Assembly: GCA_964106645.2 (NCBI GenBank)
Contig: OZ067045.1
Origin: Podarcis pityusensis
Lineage: Eukaryota
Length of the DNA stretch: 64,000 nt
Direction: 5' to 3' (one strand)
Positions 1 through 10,941 of the stretch are shown one piece after another. Below the pieces are notes generated by a model, which saw only the letters and a list, made by a program, of their open reading frames with translations, was not told the DNA's origin and made no database searches. Each line of letters opens with the position of its first letter. The first letter of the stretch is position 1. Position numbers and translations under genes: made by a program.

Positions 1-445
1 CCATCCAGGCAGGGGTTCTCCAGGATTTCAGACAAGGGACACTCCTAGCTCTACCTAGAGATAAGAACATAAGACAGGCCTGCTGGATCAGGCCAAAGCA
101 GGTCCATCTACTCCTGGACATGAGCACAAGAGCAGCCCTCTCCACCTGCAATTCCCAGCAGCTGATATTCAGAGGCATAATGCCTCTGCCAGAACAAGCA
201 GAACATAGCAATCATGACTAGTAGCCATCAATACTCTTGTCCTCCAAGGCACCAGGGATAGAACCTGCACCCAGAACAGGTGCTCCAACCACTGACCCTC
301 CCTGACCCTGTACTAGACTGGCTGCGTGTGCAGAAATCCTGTGGACGTGCTGATTAATATGTGCCACCTTGTGTGTGTATGCACCAAACAGCAGCTGAAC
401 TGTACAACCACTCTCTTCTCTTGTCTGTTTCCCCCTTCCCTACAG

Positions 446-515
446 GAGCTTAGGGGTCCACTGCTCCAAAGTGCGGTCACTCACACTGGATTCCTGGGAG
501 CCAGAGCTACTGAAG
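446..515 (+). CDS. ACAP3: ACAP3 internal exon (ArfGAP domain: (R)SLGVHCSKVRSLTLDSWEPELLK)
   Basis: tacag|G acceptor, AAG|gtaga donor; translation is the ACAP ArfGAP signature; gene begins upstream of the window. Confidence 0.93.
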
Positions 516-757
516 GTAGAGGCCAAAACTCCGAATGACAAATAGGTAGTAGGCAGGAAGGGTTAGTGGGTGGGAGGGGGGCGGCCTGTGCTGTATGGGA
601 TGCAACTCTTGAGGGGGTGGGGCGGGAGCTTTCTGGTGCACCTTGTTGGACTACAGTTCCCATCATCCCTGTCCATTGGCTATGCTAGCTGGGAATGATG
701 GGAATTGTAGTCCCGTAACATCTGAAGGGGCCCATGTTGGCTATCCTTGATCTAGCT

Positions 758-943
758 CAGGGGTAGTCAACCTTTTTATACCTACCACCCACAAATGCAT
801 CTTTCTTGATGGTAAAATTTCCTTACTGCCCACCAGTGCTCGATGGAAGGAGAATTCAGCTTCTGCCATAGAACCCCCTACCACCCACCAAGAATCCTGA
901 AACGGCCACTAGTGGGCGGTAGGGACCAGGCTGACAACCCCTG
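758..943. mobile_element. hAT-type MITE
   Basis: CAGGGG..CCCCTG terminal inverted repeats; perfect 8-bp TSD ATCTAGCT. Confidence 0.85.
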
Positions 944-1309
944 ATCTAGCTACTAGGGATGGGATCTCAGTTTCTCATTTTCCCGGTCGTAAGTTCAGTT
1001 CTCCACATTTCCACATCAGTTTGTAATCTTTATTTTTTTAATATAAAGTCCTCATGAAAATTCATCAACATTTTGTGCTCATTTCTGCCACTGTACACAT
1101 TTTGCAGTTTCCCTAAATTAACACAATTTTTGCAAAACCCATTTTTTCCTAAAATAATGATTTTTAAAATGTTGTTTTCATGAATGTATGCATTTGAATG
1201 CAAATTGTATTCATATATGTATGCCTTCTTTTGTACACGTTTCATTTGTTGAGGACTGCATTGAAAAATTTGGATAAGTGCGAATTTCAAATGTTGGTTG
1301 TGTTTCTGC

Positions 1310-1311
1310 TC

Positions 1312-1344
<33 letters not shown>

Positions 1345-1346
1345 AA
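1310..1346. repeat. (AAC)n microsatellite
   Basis: direct reading. Confidence 0.9.
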
Positions 1347-1711
1347 TTTATACTCCGCCCATCTGGCTGGGTTTCCCCAGCCACTCTGGGCGGCTCCCAA
1401 CAGAATATTAAAAACATAATAAAACATCAAACATTAAAAACTTCCCTCAACATATTCTTCCATATTGTTTGACAATATGTGAATTCGATGACTTTGCCTT
1501 TAAATGCGAACTGGATCAAATTTCTTCACCGTTGGGGAAAATGAGAAACTGGATCAAATTTCTTTGCTGTTGGGGAAAATGAGAAACTGACAGAAACCAA
1601 AATTGACAATCAGCCATTCCTAATTGTGGGTAAATGCAGTTGGCTGTGGATGGGGTGAGGGGAGCATCTCTTCCCCCTAACATACTGTGTTTGTGCTTGC
1701 TTTCCTAAAAG

Positions 1712-1806
1712 CTGATGTGTGAGCTGGGGAACGCCACCATGAACCAGATCTACGAGGCGCAGTGCGAGGAGATGGGACTCAAGAAGCCCACCGCGGGCAG
1801 CTCAAG
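1712..1806 (+). CDS. ACAP3: ACAP3 internal exon (LMCELGNATMNQIYEAQCEEMGLKKPTAGSS)
   Basis: aaag|CTG acceptor, AG|gtatgg donor, phase-compatible with flanking exons. Confidence 0.93.
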
Positions 1807-1927
1807 GTATGGCTGTCTCCTCTCTGCTCTACAGTGTGTAGGACAGGAAGGCCCTCTTGAAGCGCAATACCCTGTAGACCAGAAATGGAGAGCCTATAGC
1901 CCTCCAGGTGTTATTGAGTACTACCAA

Positions 1928-2140
1928 GCCTTATGAGGAACGGTTGAGGGAGCTGGGTATGTTTAGCTTGGTAAAGATGAGACTGAGAGGAGGTATGATT
2001 GCCATCTTCAGATATCTGTAGGGCTGTCACATGGAGGGTGGAGTAAGCTTGTTTACTCCTGGGACATGAAGCAATGGCTTCAAGTTACGAGGAAAGAGAT
2101 TCCGACTAAGCGTCGGTAAGAGCTGTTTGACAGTGGGACA
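1928..2140 (+). mobile_element. CR1 LINE 3' fragment
   Basis: [26 protein letters not shown]-type CR1 ORF2 end. Confidence 0.75.
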
Positions 2141-2393
2141 GACTGCCTTTCTCATTGTTGACCTTGTTAACCCAGCAGGAGGTAAACTCTTTCCGATCCA
2201 CTGATATTCAACCCTGAGATAAGCCGGTAGATGCCAATGCACCCTCTTATCTATTTGTGGCCTAGCCCCATAAACAAGTCAGAGCAAAGGCTCAGCCTAA
2301 CCTCTGCATCAGCTTTGCGCAAGCAAATCAAGATGGATGCTGAACCAAAGAGGTGCTCTGAAGGAGCTCTTCATGAACTGAGTTCCCTCTCAG

Positions 2394-2608
2394 GCAGGAC
2401 AAAGAAGCATGGATCAAAGTCAAATACGTGGAGAAGAAGTTCCTGAAGCAGCTGTCGACTGGGGAGGCCCTGGCGGAGAATGAGAGGAAACCCCGGCGCT
2501 GGAGCGTGAAAAAGTGCCAGAGGCGCAACAGCTCCACAAAAGCGCCCACAGCACGGAGGAAGTACCGGCACGAAGCAGGAAACGCATCACCGGCAGCGCA
2601 CTCTTCAG
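2394..2608 (+). CDS. ACAP3: ACAP3 internal exon (RQDKEAWIKVKYVEKKFLK...AAHSS)
   Basis: ctcag|G acceptor, G|gtgagg donor; end of ArfGAP domain (WIxxKYVEKKF). Confidence 0.92.
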
Positions 2609-3814
2609 GTGAGGAACTGCTGTTTGCCACGCCAGCCCTTATTTTCTGCATGTGCCGTCTCTTAGAAGGGGTGGTTCATCCGTGGGCTCAGTTCAGTAAC
2701 ACAATGTATTATTATTTTTACTTCACATTAGGCATTTTCAGAAGTCACATTCAGAGTTTTAGAAGGGTCCTGCTGGGTTGGCCCAATGGCCTATAAAGAT
2801 TAAAGCACATCACCGTTCTGTAAGGTGTCAAAGTGCAGGCAGGATTTCTCCACTCTCTCATCTTAGTGCTGTGGGGCCACAGTGCTAAGATCGGAGGTGA
2901 GCCTCTGTCTGCTCTTTAAAAAGCAGCAGGCAGAGGCATATCTCCAATCTTAGCACTGTCAGGAGATTGACGGGTGGACAGCTCTGTCCACTCTGAAAAT
3001 GGCCCTACTGAGATAATAACTTTCCAGAGATTTAGCTTGGTAATAATATATATTGCAAATCGTATAGGAACATTTACTATGTAGTTTTTGAAAGTTGTTC
3101 ATTTGCTGTGCATTCCACACACCTCTTAAGTTAGGGTAATTAAACTCTGCATGGCAGTTCCTGAGACATCAAGATCCCAAGAGCAGGTTTTTTGCAAGTG
3201 GATTCCATTTTGCATCAGGATGGCGGACAGAACCTTTCAAAACCTCACTAGTCTTAACCACTGATTTTCAAACTGCACACTTTTTTGGATTGTTAGAAGA
3301 GCAGCACTGGTGTATGAGACAACTCGTGGATGATATAGGGTGGTATTGCTGTCCTACTCAGAATACTCCCATTGAAATTAATGGATATAGCTAACTTTGG
3401 TGCATTAATTGCCTTGAACCTCCTCTGAGTAGCACTTAGCTGAATACCTCCCAAAGTACCTACTCTGCAGATAATGCTATTCATTACGCATTCTGTAATA
3501 CTACCACATTTAAGGACCTGAGAAGAGCCTGCTGGGTGTAGTCCTGCCTCCTCTTCTTACAGTGGCCAACCAGATGCCTATGAAGACTGAAAGCAGGACC
3601 TCAGCATAACAATATTCTCCCTCCTCGCAGTTTTCAGCAGCTGGTATTCAGAAGCATAGCTGCCTCCAACTGTGGAGGCAGAACCAGGCCAGCATGACTC
3701 ATTGTTGCTGATAACCCTGTCCTCCATGAATTTGTCTCAAAGCCACCCAAGTTGGTGGTCATCACTGCCTCCTGTGGCAGTGAGTTCCATAGTTTAACCA
3801 TGGCCTGTATTATA

Positions 3815-4056
3815 CAGTGGTACCTTGGGTTACATACGCTTCAGATTACAGACGCTTGAGGTTACAGACTCCGCTAACCCAGAAATAGTACCTCGGGTTA
3901 AGAACTGTACCTCAGGATGAGAACAGAAATTGTATTCCGGCAGCGCAGCAGCAGCAGGAGGCCCCATTAGCTAAAGTGGTGCTTCAAGTTAAGAACAGTT
4001 TCAGGTTAAGAACGGACCTCCGGAACGAATTAAGTACTTAACCCGAGGTACCACTG
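3815..4056. mobile_element. Tc1/mariner-type MITE
   Basis: TIR CAGTGGTACCTCGGGTTA; TA TSD. Confidence 0.85.
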
Positions 4057-4151
4057 TATTGTGGGTGGGTGTGCATGCGTGCACAAGTTGTGTGTGTGAG
4101 AACACAAACAACAAACACAGGGAGCACATAAGGGTTGCTCTTTCCACACAG

Positions 4152-4256
4152 CTGCCACCCTTGAGAGGAAGTTCCGACGGGATTCCCTCTTCTGCCCCGA
4201 CGAGCTGGATTCGCTTTTCTCGTACTTCGACACGGGAGCCGGGGCTGGGCCACGCA
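4152..4256 (+). CDS. ACAP3: ACAP3 internal exon (ATLERKFRRDSLFCPDELDSLFSYFDTGAGAGPR)
   Basis: cacag|CT acceptor, A|gtaagt donor; RRDSLFCPDELDSLFSYFD is characteristic of ACAP3. Confidence 0.93.
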
Positions 4257-4587
4257 GTAAGTACAACTAAGCTGCTGGCGACTTTGCTGGCGACTTTGCC
4301 CTTCCATTCTGCCGCATCTGGGGCGTGCATCTTGAGTCGCAACAGCAGCAAAAACACTGAGAAAGGGTGGGGTTGGAAGGAAAAAATACACAATGGGTTG
4401 TATCTAAGTAAGTTCTACTCTTGAGTAGGACTGCACTGGCTAGAACCCAAGTATTTTTCAAGAACTGCAACCTATTGTCCCCCCCCCCCCCAATTTCACC
4501 TTTATCATTTCCTACCCCCTTAGTCTTTTTATGCTTTGTGGGACTGGTATCTTCCTTCTTCTTCTCCCCTGCTTAAAAGGACAGTTA

Positions 4588-5060
4588 ATATAAACTCTTT
4601 ACATATACAGAACATTGAACAGTATGAAATATATGAAATATGCACTCTCTGCAAAACTAAATAAACAGAAATCTTATAAATCTCTGAAAATCACAAAATA
4701 TGCACTCTTGATGGATTCTCTTGAAAATATAGAACCAAATAAACATAATTTTTATGAGTCTCTGAAAGTCTTTGTCGACTATGCAAGTCTCTGAAAGAAG
4801 CAATGGGTCAGATTCTTAACTGGTGAAAACAAGCCATAAATCTGTGCATATTTTGTGATTTTCAGAGATTTATAAGATTCCTGTTTGTTTGGTTTTACAG
4901 AGAGTGCATATTTCATATATTTCATGCTGTTCAATGTTCTGTATAGATTATATAAAGAGTTTATATTGACATCGCATTGGCATTGTTGTACTTGGTCATC
5001 GTGTTGCCTTGGCTATTACAGATGATTGTTTGCAACACAGGGGTTTAATTGTTTGGTTAC
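4588..5060. mobile_element. Insertion with a long inverted repeat, probably Penelope-like
   Basis: arms about 4587-4705 and 4844-4967; 14-bp direct repeat TAAAAGGACAGTTA at 4574-4587 and 5061-5074. Confidence 0.6.
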
Positions 5061-5227
5061 TAAAAGGACAGTTAGCCAGCTTTCTTTCCTGTCCCTGTCT
5101 CCCATTCATCCTTTAAGGAGAGCAAGATCCATTCTAGACTGCCGCATTTCTTTAAATAAATAAAAAAAGCAAAAAAACCACCTGTGCCTATGACTGCCCC
5201 CTCAACTTCCGTCCACCTTCCCCATAG

Positions 5228-5329
5228 GTGGCAACCACATCTCTGTGCCGCATCCCCTGGCAGCCAGCCCATGGAGCGACAGTGGTAACGGTCCCACTGG
5301 GAGCGGGTCGCCGTTCCTCCTGGATGGAG
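5228..5329 (+). CDS. ACAP3: Candidate ACAP3 cassette exon (GNHISVPHPLAASPWSDSGNGPTGSGSPFLLDG)
   Basis: pyrimidine tract + catag|GT acceptor, GAG|gtaagg donor; 102 nt, phase 1-1, stop-free in the ACAP3 frame. Confidence 0.6.
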
Positions 5330-5488
5330 GTAAGGGGGAATGGCTTGGCAACATAGCCCTATGGGAGGCTCTAAGTGGAATTTCCACGTTCAGAGGCAGT
5401 ATACCTCTGGGTACCAGATGCTTGTGTGTGTGTGTGTGTCTCCCCGCATATTAAAATGCCCTTGGATTGTGTCTTGTTGGCCCCGCAG

Positions 5489-5581
5489 GTCTGAGCAGTG
5501 ACAGTGGGCTGGGTGGCAGCACCGACGGCAGCACCGACGTCCTAGTGTTTGGCTCGGTGGTGGACAGCGTCACGGAGGAAG
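5489..5581 (+). CDS. ACAP3: ACAP3 internal exon (SLSSDSGLGGSTDGSTDVLVFGSVVDSVTEE)
   Basis: cgcag|GT acceptor, G|gtaagt donor; matches the ACAP3 Ser/Gly-rich linker. Confidence 0.93.
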
Positions 5582-5598
5582 GTAAGTACTTCTTGATA

Positions 5599-5947
5599 AA
5601 GGTAAAGGGACCAGTGACCGTTAGGTCCAGTCGCGGATGACTCTGGGGTTGTGGCGCTCATCTCGCTTTATTGGCCGAGGGAGCCGGCGTACAGCTTCCG
5701 GGTCATGTGGCCAGCATGACTAAGCCGCTTCTGGCGAGCCAGAGCAGCTCACAGAAACGCCGTTTACCTTCCCGCTGGAGCGGTACCTATTTATCTACTT
5801 GCACTTTGACGTGCTTTCAAACTGCTAGGTTGGCAGGAGCAGGGACCGAGCAACGGGAGCTCACCCCGTCGCGGGGATTCGAACCGCCAACCTTTTGATC
5901 GGCAAGCCCTGGGCTCAGTGGTTTAACCCACAGCACCACCCGCGTCC
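5599..5947 (-). mobile_element. Sauria SINE
   Basis: full-length consensus with (ACCTTT) tail; short TTGATA target-site duplication. Confidence 0.9.
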
Positions 5948-6563
5948 TTGATAGCTGACTTCAATTATCTGATAAATTTGAGCTCCTGACATGAGAGCCT
6001 TTTGCGGTCCAAGGGCCATATTCCTTACCTGGCAACCTTCTAGGGGTCTCATGGCACAGATGGGCAGGGCCAGGGACAAAAGTGGGCAGGCAGGGCCAGG
6101 GGTGTCTGTTTTAACTTTTGTGCAGTGGGACAATTTTCTTTCTTCCTCTCCTTCTCATGCACCCACACACCCCTCTCTTATCTTCCATTCATCAAGTCTC
6201 AAGGACACATTCCAGTGAAGCAGAAATACTCAAGGAAGGTGTGAAGCCAGGCTGGTTGAGGGGTGTGGCCTGGGGAGAATTCTGAGGGCCAATCAGAAAG
6301 GCCCATAGGGCCACATCTGCTACTTAGCCCAGCCTGAGGTTCTGTATGCCTGCTCCAGTGCAAAGCAAGGAAATAAATCAGGAGGCGGGGCTATGCAAAT
6401 GATAGGGTGGTCCTAGGCAAACAAGAGGGTGGAGCTGTTCAGGTCATAGCTGCAGGCTTGGCTCCCATTGAGGCCAGAGAACAGGTCTGAGCATCACATA
6501 TGGTCTATGTCTGTGCCTCATGCTGGCTTTTTCTTCTCTGCTTCTCGTCCTACGCCTTGTTAG

Positions 6564-6784
6564 AGTGCGAAGTTTCAGAAGAATCCAGCGGAGAAGCTGA
6601 AATAGAGCAAGAGGCCTCCGATTTGGAGGACCTGCGGGAGCTGCACCCGGGTTTGCTGGTTTACAAGGCTTCGCGGGCCAGGAATTTGCCTGTGATGGCA
6701 GAGGCCCTGGCGCACGGGGCGGACGTCAACTGGGTGAACGACGAGGATGAGAACAAAACCCCGTTGATCCAAGCCGTAATGGGG
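6564..6784 (+). CDS. ACAP3: ACAP3 internal exon (ECEVSEESSGEAE...LHPGLL...KTPLIQAVMG; first ankyrin repeat)
   Basis: gttag|AG acceptor, GGG|gtaagg donor; ORF 6500..6865 frame. Confidence 0.94.
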
Positions 6785-7848
6785 GTAAGGCTAACAAGCC
6801 TCAGCTATTTCAATGGCGGCAGCGGCGGTATTTATTTATTTCGTAAAAATTTATACACCGCCTGATTTTTAAAAAAATTAAATAAATAAAACCTCAAAGA
6901 GGGTTATGAAGAAAGATAAATCAGAGACATTCATCACTAAGAAAAATTAAATGGATTAAAACTTGCATCAACTTTCTAGACATCTGGGTTGGCAAGAATG
7001 TTTTTAGCAGGCTCTGAAAGGAGTACAGTGAGGGTCCCGACCTGATATCAATAGGCAGGGAGTTCCAAAGGGTAGACACTGCCACACTGAACAATCGAGT
7101 TCTTACAAATACAGAATGGGCATCATGTCCCACAGGCGACAGTGCCAGTCCCGCCAATTGAAGTGGTAGAGTGGGTGCAAATGGAGGTAAGGCCAGGCCC
7201 CCCTGCAGAGGGTGGGGAGTTGCCTGGTACACTTGCCCTGGGTCTCGGAGGCCTAAGTCAGTTGTGGGGGGCCTTCAGGGACTGACTGGTTTTTTTGTTT
7301 GAGTTTATAACTTTATTCTAGCAAGATTCCCGCCCTGGGCCTCAGACAATCTTTGCATGGGCCTGGGTAAGGTGATCTTAAAGGTAAATGGATCCCAAGT
7401 TGTTAAGGGATTTATATAATGCTGTTGGATTTTTTCTCACATTTCTCCTCCTCAGAGCAGACCCACTGAAGTTAATGGACCGTGATTAACCTGTCTGTCA
7501 AGGGGGTTTACAACATTAAAATACAATAATATCTATCGATACACACGCACACACATATGTACAACATAGTTAAGAACAGCAGCAAAGCAGCAATAGATAG
7601 TAGTTGATTAAAAAGAGAGATTATATTGTGAAGACCTTAACTTTTGTGGTGTCTCCCAAGGAACTCTTGCAATTGTAGCTCTGATAAAGGTACCAAGGGT
7701 TCTGTAGAGGGGCAGCAGTCTCCTCAGAAAACTACAACTCCCACGGCTCTCTAGCAAGAAGGGGTGCAGATTACACTTGCCAAAGTCTGTTTGGTGCTCC
7801 TGTAGTTTCTTTCTCCCATCTGATCTCTCTCCCAATTGTCTCCATCAG

Positions 7849-7958
7849 GGCTCCTTGATAGCCTGCGAATTCTTGCTCCAGAATGGAGCAGACGTTAACC
7901 AAAGAGATATTCGAGGGCGCGCACCTCTGCATCATGCTACGTATTTGGGCCACACTGG
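7849..7958 (+). CDS. ACAP3: ACAP3 internal exon (GSLIACEFLLQNGADVNQRDIRGRAPLHHATYLGHTG; ankyrin)
   Basis: atcag|GGC acceptor, GG|gtgagt donor. Confidence 0.95.
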
Positions 7959-8387
7959 GTGAGTCATTCGGCGCTTGAAGCTACCAGGAAGGGGTGCCTT
8001 AGCTTAAGCTGGTATATATCAGACCTGGCTATCCATGTACTAATTGTGTCCTAGCTTGACTACTGCTATGCATTCTACGCGGGGCTGCATTTGAAGATAG
8101 TTCAGCATCTTCCATTGGTGCAAAATGCAGCTGTGTGGATGCTGAGGGGTTCAAAGAGGTCCAATCACACTTGGTTGTCTCCAAATAAACATGAACCCAT
8201 CTAATTTGTACTTTCCAAAACAATCCTCAAGCCGAAACATAGCCATCCGCCGAAATTTGCAGCTCTCCAAATCTTGCAATGTAGTTCTCCTCTCGAGTAA
8301 TGTGTTCAGAAGTGTACCTGTTGAGGAAGGCTCATTTTGTCTCCCTGACTGGCTGCCTTTGACAGCTCAGGAGTTTGGAGGAGGAGT

Positions 8388-8616
8388 TTGGATTTGATAT
8401 CCCGCTTTATCACTACCCAAAGGAGTCTCAAAGCGGCTAACATTCTCCTTTCCCTTCCTCCCCCACAACAAACACTCTGTGAGGTGAGCGGGGCTGAAAG
8501 ACTTCAGAGAAGTGTGACTAGCCCAAGGTCACCCAGCAGCTGCATGTGGAGGAGTGGAGACGCGAACCCGGTTCACCAGATTACGAGTCTACTGCTCTTA
8601 ACCACTACACCACACT
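8388..8616 (-). mobile_element. tRNA-derived MIR/CORE-like SINE (older copies near 9.1-9.3, 28.4-28.6 and 38.0-38.25 kb)
   Basis: pol III A/B-box head (CAGTGTGGTGTAGTGG...GGTTCGCGTC) on - and CORE-like body. Confidence 0.65.
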
Positions 8617-8649
8617 GAGATCGGTTGTTTACTTAAAAACCTGACAACA

Positions 8650-9090
8650 GGCAAAGCCATGCGCTTCCTATCTGAAATATTTAAATTCAACCCATCTTGG
8701 CGGGCTCCAATTTTGACTAGATTGTTCTCAGACATTAACCAGGCAGGGGTTATTCCTGTTGGGTGGTGGTCCAGAATTATTGTTCCTCTGAAGAATAAAT
8801 GGGGAGAGATCTGAGCCTAAAAATTATAGGCCACTTGGTCTCCTGGATACAAGTCCACATAAAGTTTTGTTGACTAAGCTTCAAATCTAGGCAGAGGAAA
8901 ATGACATTTTTGCAGGCTGGTTGTGGAGATAGAAGAAGCACAACCGATCAATGCTTAGTGCCTCACCCGTTCGATTCCTAAAAGTCTGAGTCAGGTGGGG
9001 GGGAAGTTCGTATGTGACTTTTATGGGTTTTACTTAAGTATTTGACTTAAAGACAGAGGTGGTTTGTGTGGAAAATGATCACATACTAAT
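8650..9090 (+). mobile_element. Old degenerate LINE reverse transcriptase fragment
   Basis: remnants of IIVPL, PKNYRPLGLLD and STTDQ motifs with frameshifts. Confidence 0.5.
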
Positions 9091-9389
9091 ATAAATATTA
9101 TTTATGTATTTATTTTATTGCATTCACAGCCCACCCTTTTCTCCTAGGTGGCATACATGGTTCTCCCCCTCCTCATTCACTCCCTACAACAACAACCTTG
9201 TGAGGTGGGTTAGGCTGAGAGGGAGCGACAGGCCCCAAGGCCATGTGGGGATTTGAACCCTGGTTTTCCAGGTCACAGTCCAACACACTAACCGTTAAAC
9301 TACGCTGCTGCTTCTGATTCAGAAACTTTACTCACACACCGCATATACGGGGTTCAAATGTGCATAGAAATATTGGTAAACATAATGTA

Positions 9390-9744
9390 AAGTAAAGGTA
9401 AAGGGACCCCTGACCATTAGGTCCAGTCGCGGATGACTCTGGGGTTGCAGCACTCATCTCACTTTATTGGCCGAGGGAGCTGCTGTATAGTTTCCGGGTC
9501 ATGTGGCCAGCATGACTAAGCCGCTTCTGGCAAACCAGAGCAGCGCACGGAAATGCCATTTACCTTCCCGCCAGAGCGGTACCTATTTATCTACTTGCAC
9601 TTTGATGTGCTTTTGAACTGCTAGGTTGGCAGGAGCAGGGACCGAGCAACGGCAGCTCACCCCGTCGCAGGGATTCGAACCACTGACCTTCTGATCGGCA
9701 AGTCCTAGGCTCTGTGGTTTAACCCACAGCGCCACCCGCCTCCC
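9390..9744 (-). mobile_element. Sauria SINE
   Basis: same family; TSD AACATAATGTA. Confidence 0.9.
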
Positions 9745-10054
9745 AACATAATGTACAGAGAGGCATTATTTTAAAGAGAAACGACATTGCAAAAATGAGG
9801 AGAAATAGGCACTAAAATGCTAGTGAGTTTTCACGAGGACTTTAAACAATAATAGCAATCGCAGACTGATGTGGAAATGTGGAGAACCCAACTTAACATT
9901 GGAAGAATGAGCAACTGAGATAGATGGAAACTGACCTGTTTGTCCACCCTTAATAGGATTGCAGCCTCAGTCTCCTAAGGTTGGCTGTGATTTTTCTCCG
10001 ACATCTCTGTGTCTCTTGCTCACTCTCTCTTTCTCTCTCTCTTACGTTTGGCAG

Positions 10055-10165
10055 CCAGGTCTGCTTGTTCCTAAAAAGAGGAGCCAACCAGCACGCGGTG
10101 GACGAGGATGGGCAGGACCCTCTGAGCATCGCGGTCCAGGCTGCTAATGCGGACATTGTTACCTT
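10055..10165 (+). CDS. ACAP3: ACAP3 internal exon (QVCLFLKRGANQHAVDEDGQDPLSIAVQAANADIVTL; ankyrin)
   Basis: ggcag|C acceptor, TT|gtaagt donor. Confidence 0.95.
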
Positions 10166-10443
10166 GTAAGTGGGGCCCCTCTGCCATGTCAGAGCCTTCC
10201 CCCTGTATCTGATCATAGAATTGTTGAGTTGGAAGGGACCATGAGGGTCATCTAGCCCAGCCCCCCTGCAATGCACTGGCTTGCTGCGAGTCTCGACCCT
10301 TTCAAAGCCTAAGCAGTCTAGGCCAGGCTTGCAGAAACAGTGAACAAGAGAAGTAAAGAAGAAGAAGAAGAAATGACACCCATATACTATCCCCCCAAAA
10401 GAGCCCAGAACTTGCAAACATTACAAGGTTGTTATTGCAATTA

Positions 10444-10897
10444 CCATATTTATCGCTCTATAAGACACACTTTTCTCCTCCTAAAAAGTAAGGGGAAATG
10501 TGTGTGCGTCTTATGGAGCGAATGCAGGCAGAAGGCTCTGCTCAGTGCTCCCTTTAAAGAGCCGCGTGGAGCGTGTGTGTGGCTCTTTAAAGGGAGCGCA
10601 GCTGTCCATAAGCCAGGACAGCCAGCGGAATTGCTGCGCTGCGATCCCGCTGGCTGTCCTGGCTTCTGGCTTAGCCGCACAGCCTCTCCCGGGCAGGGGA
10701 TGAAGGCTCCCCTTGCCCGGGAGAGGCTGCGCACAGCTATCCCATAAGCCAGGACAGCCAGCGGGATCCCAGCACAGCGATCCCGCTTGCTGTCCTGGCT
10801 TCTGGGATTCAGATTCCGCCCCCCCCCCCCTGTTTTCCTCTTCCAAAAACTAGGTGCGTCTTATGGTCTGGTGCATCTTATAGAGCGAAAAATACGG
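10444..10897. mobile_element. pogo/Tigger-like MITE with internal inverted repeats (shorter relative at 35090-35258)
   Basis: CCGTATTTTTCGCTCTATAAGA-type TIRs; TA TSD. Confidence 0.8.
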
Positions 10898-10941
10898 TAA
10901 CCTGCATTTAACCTAATACAGTGCTTATAAAAAAGAATTCT

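Noticed and set aside
5671-5898. Recurrent ORF 'MAEGAGVQLPGHVASMTKP...' seen several times
   Set aside because: Antisense translation of Sauria SINE copies, not a gene family
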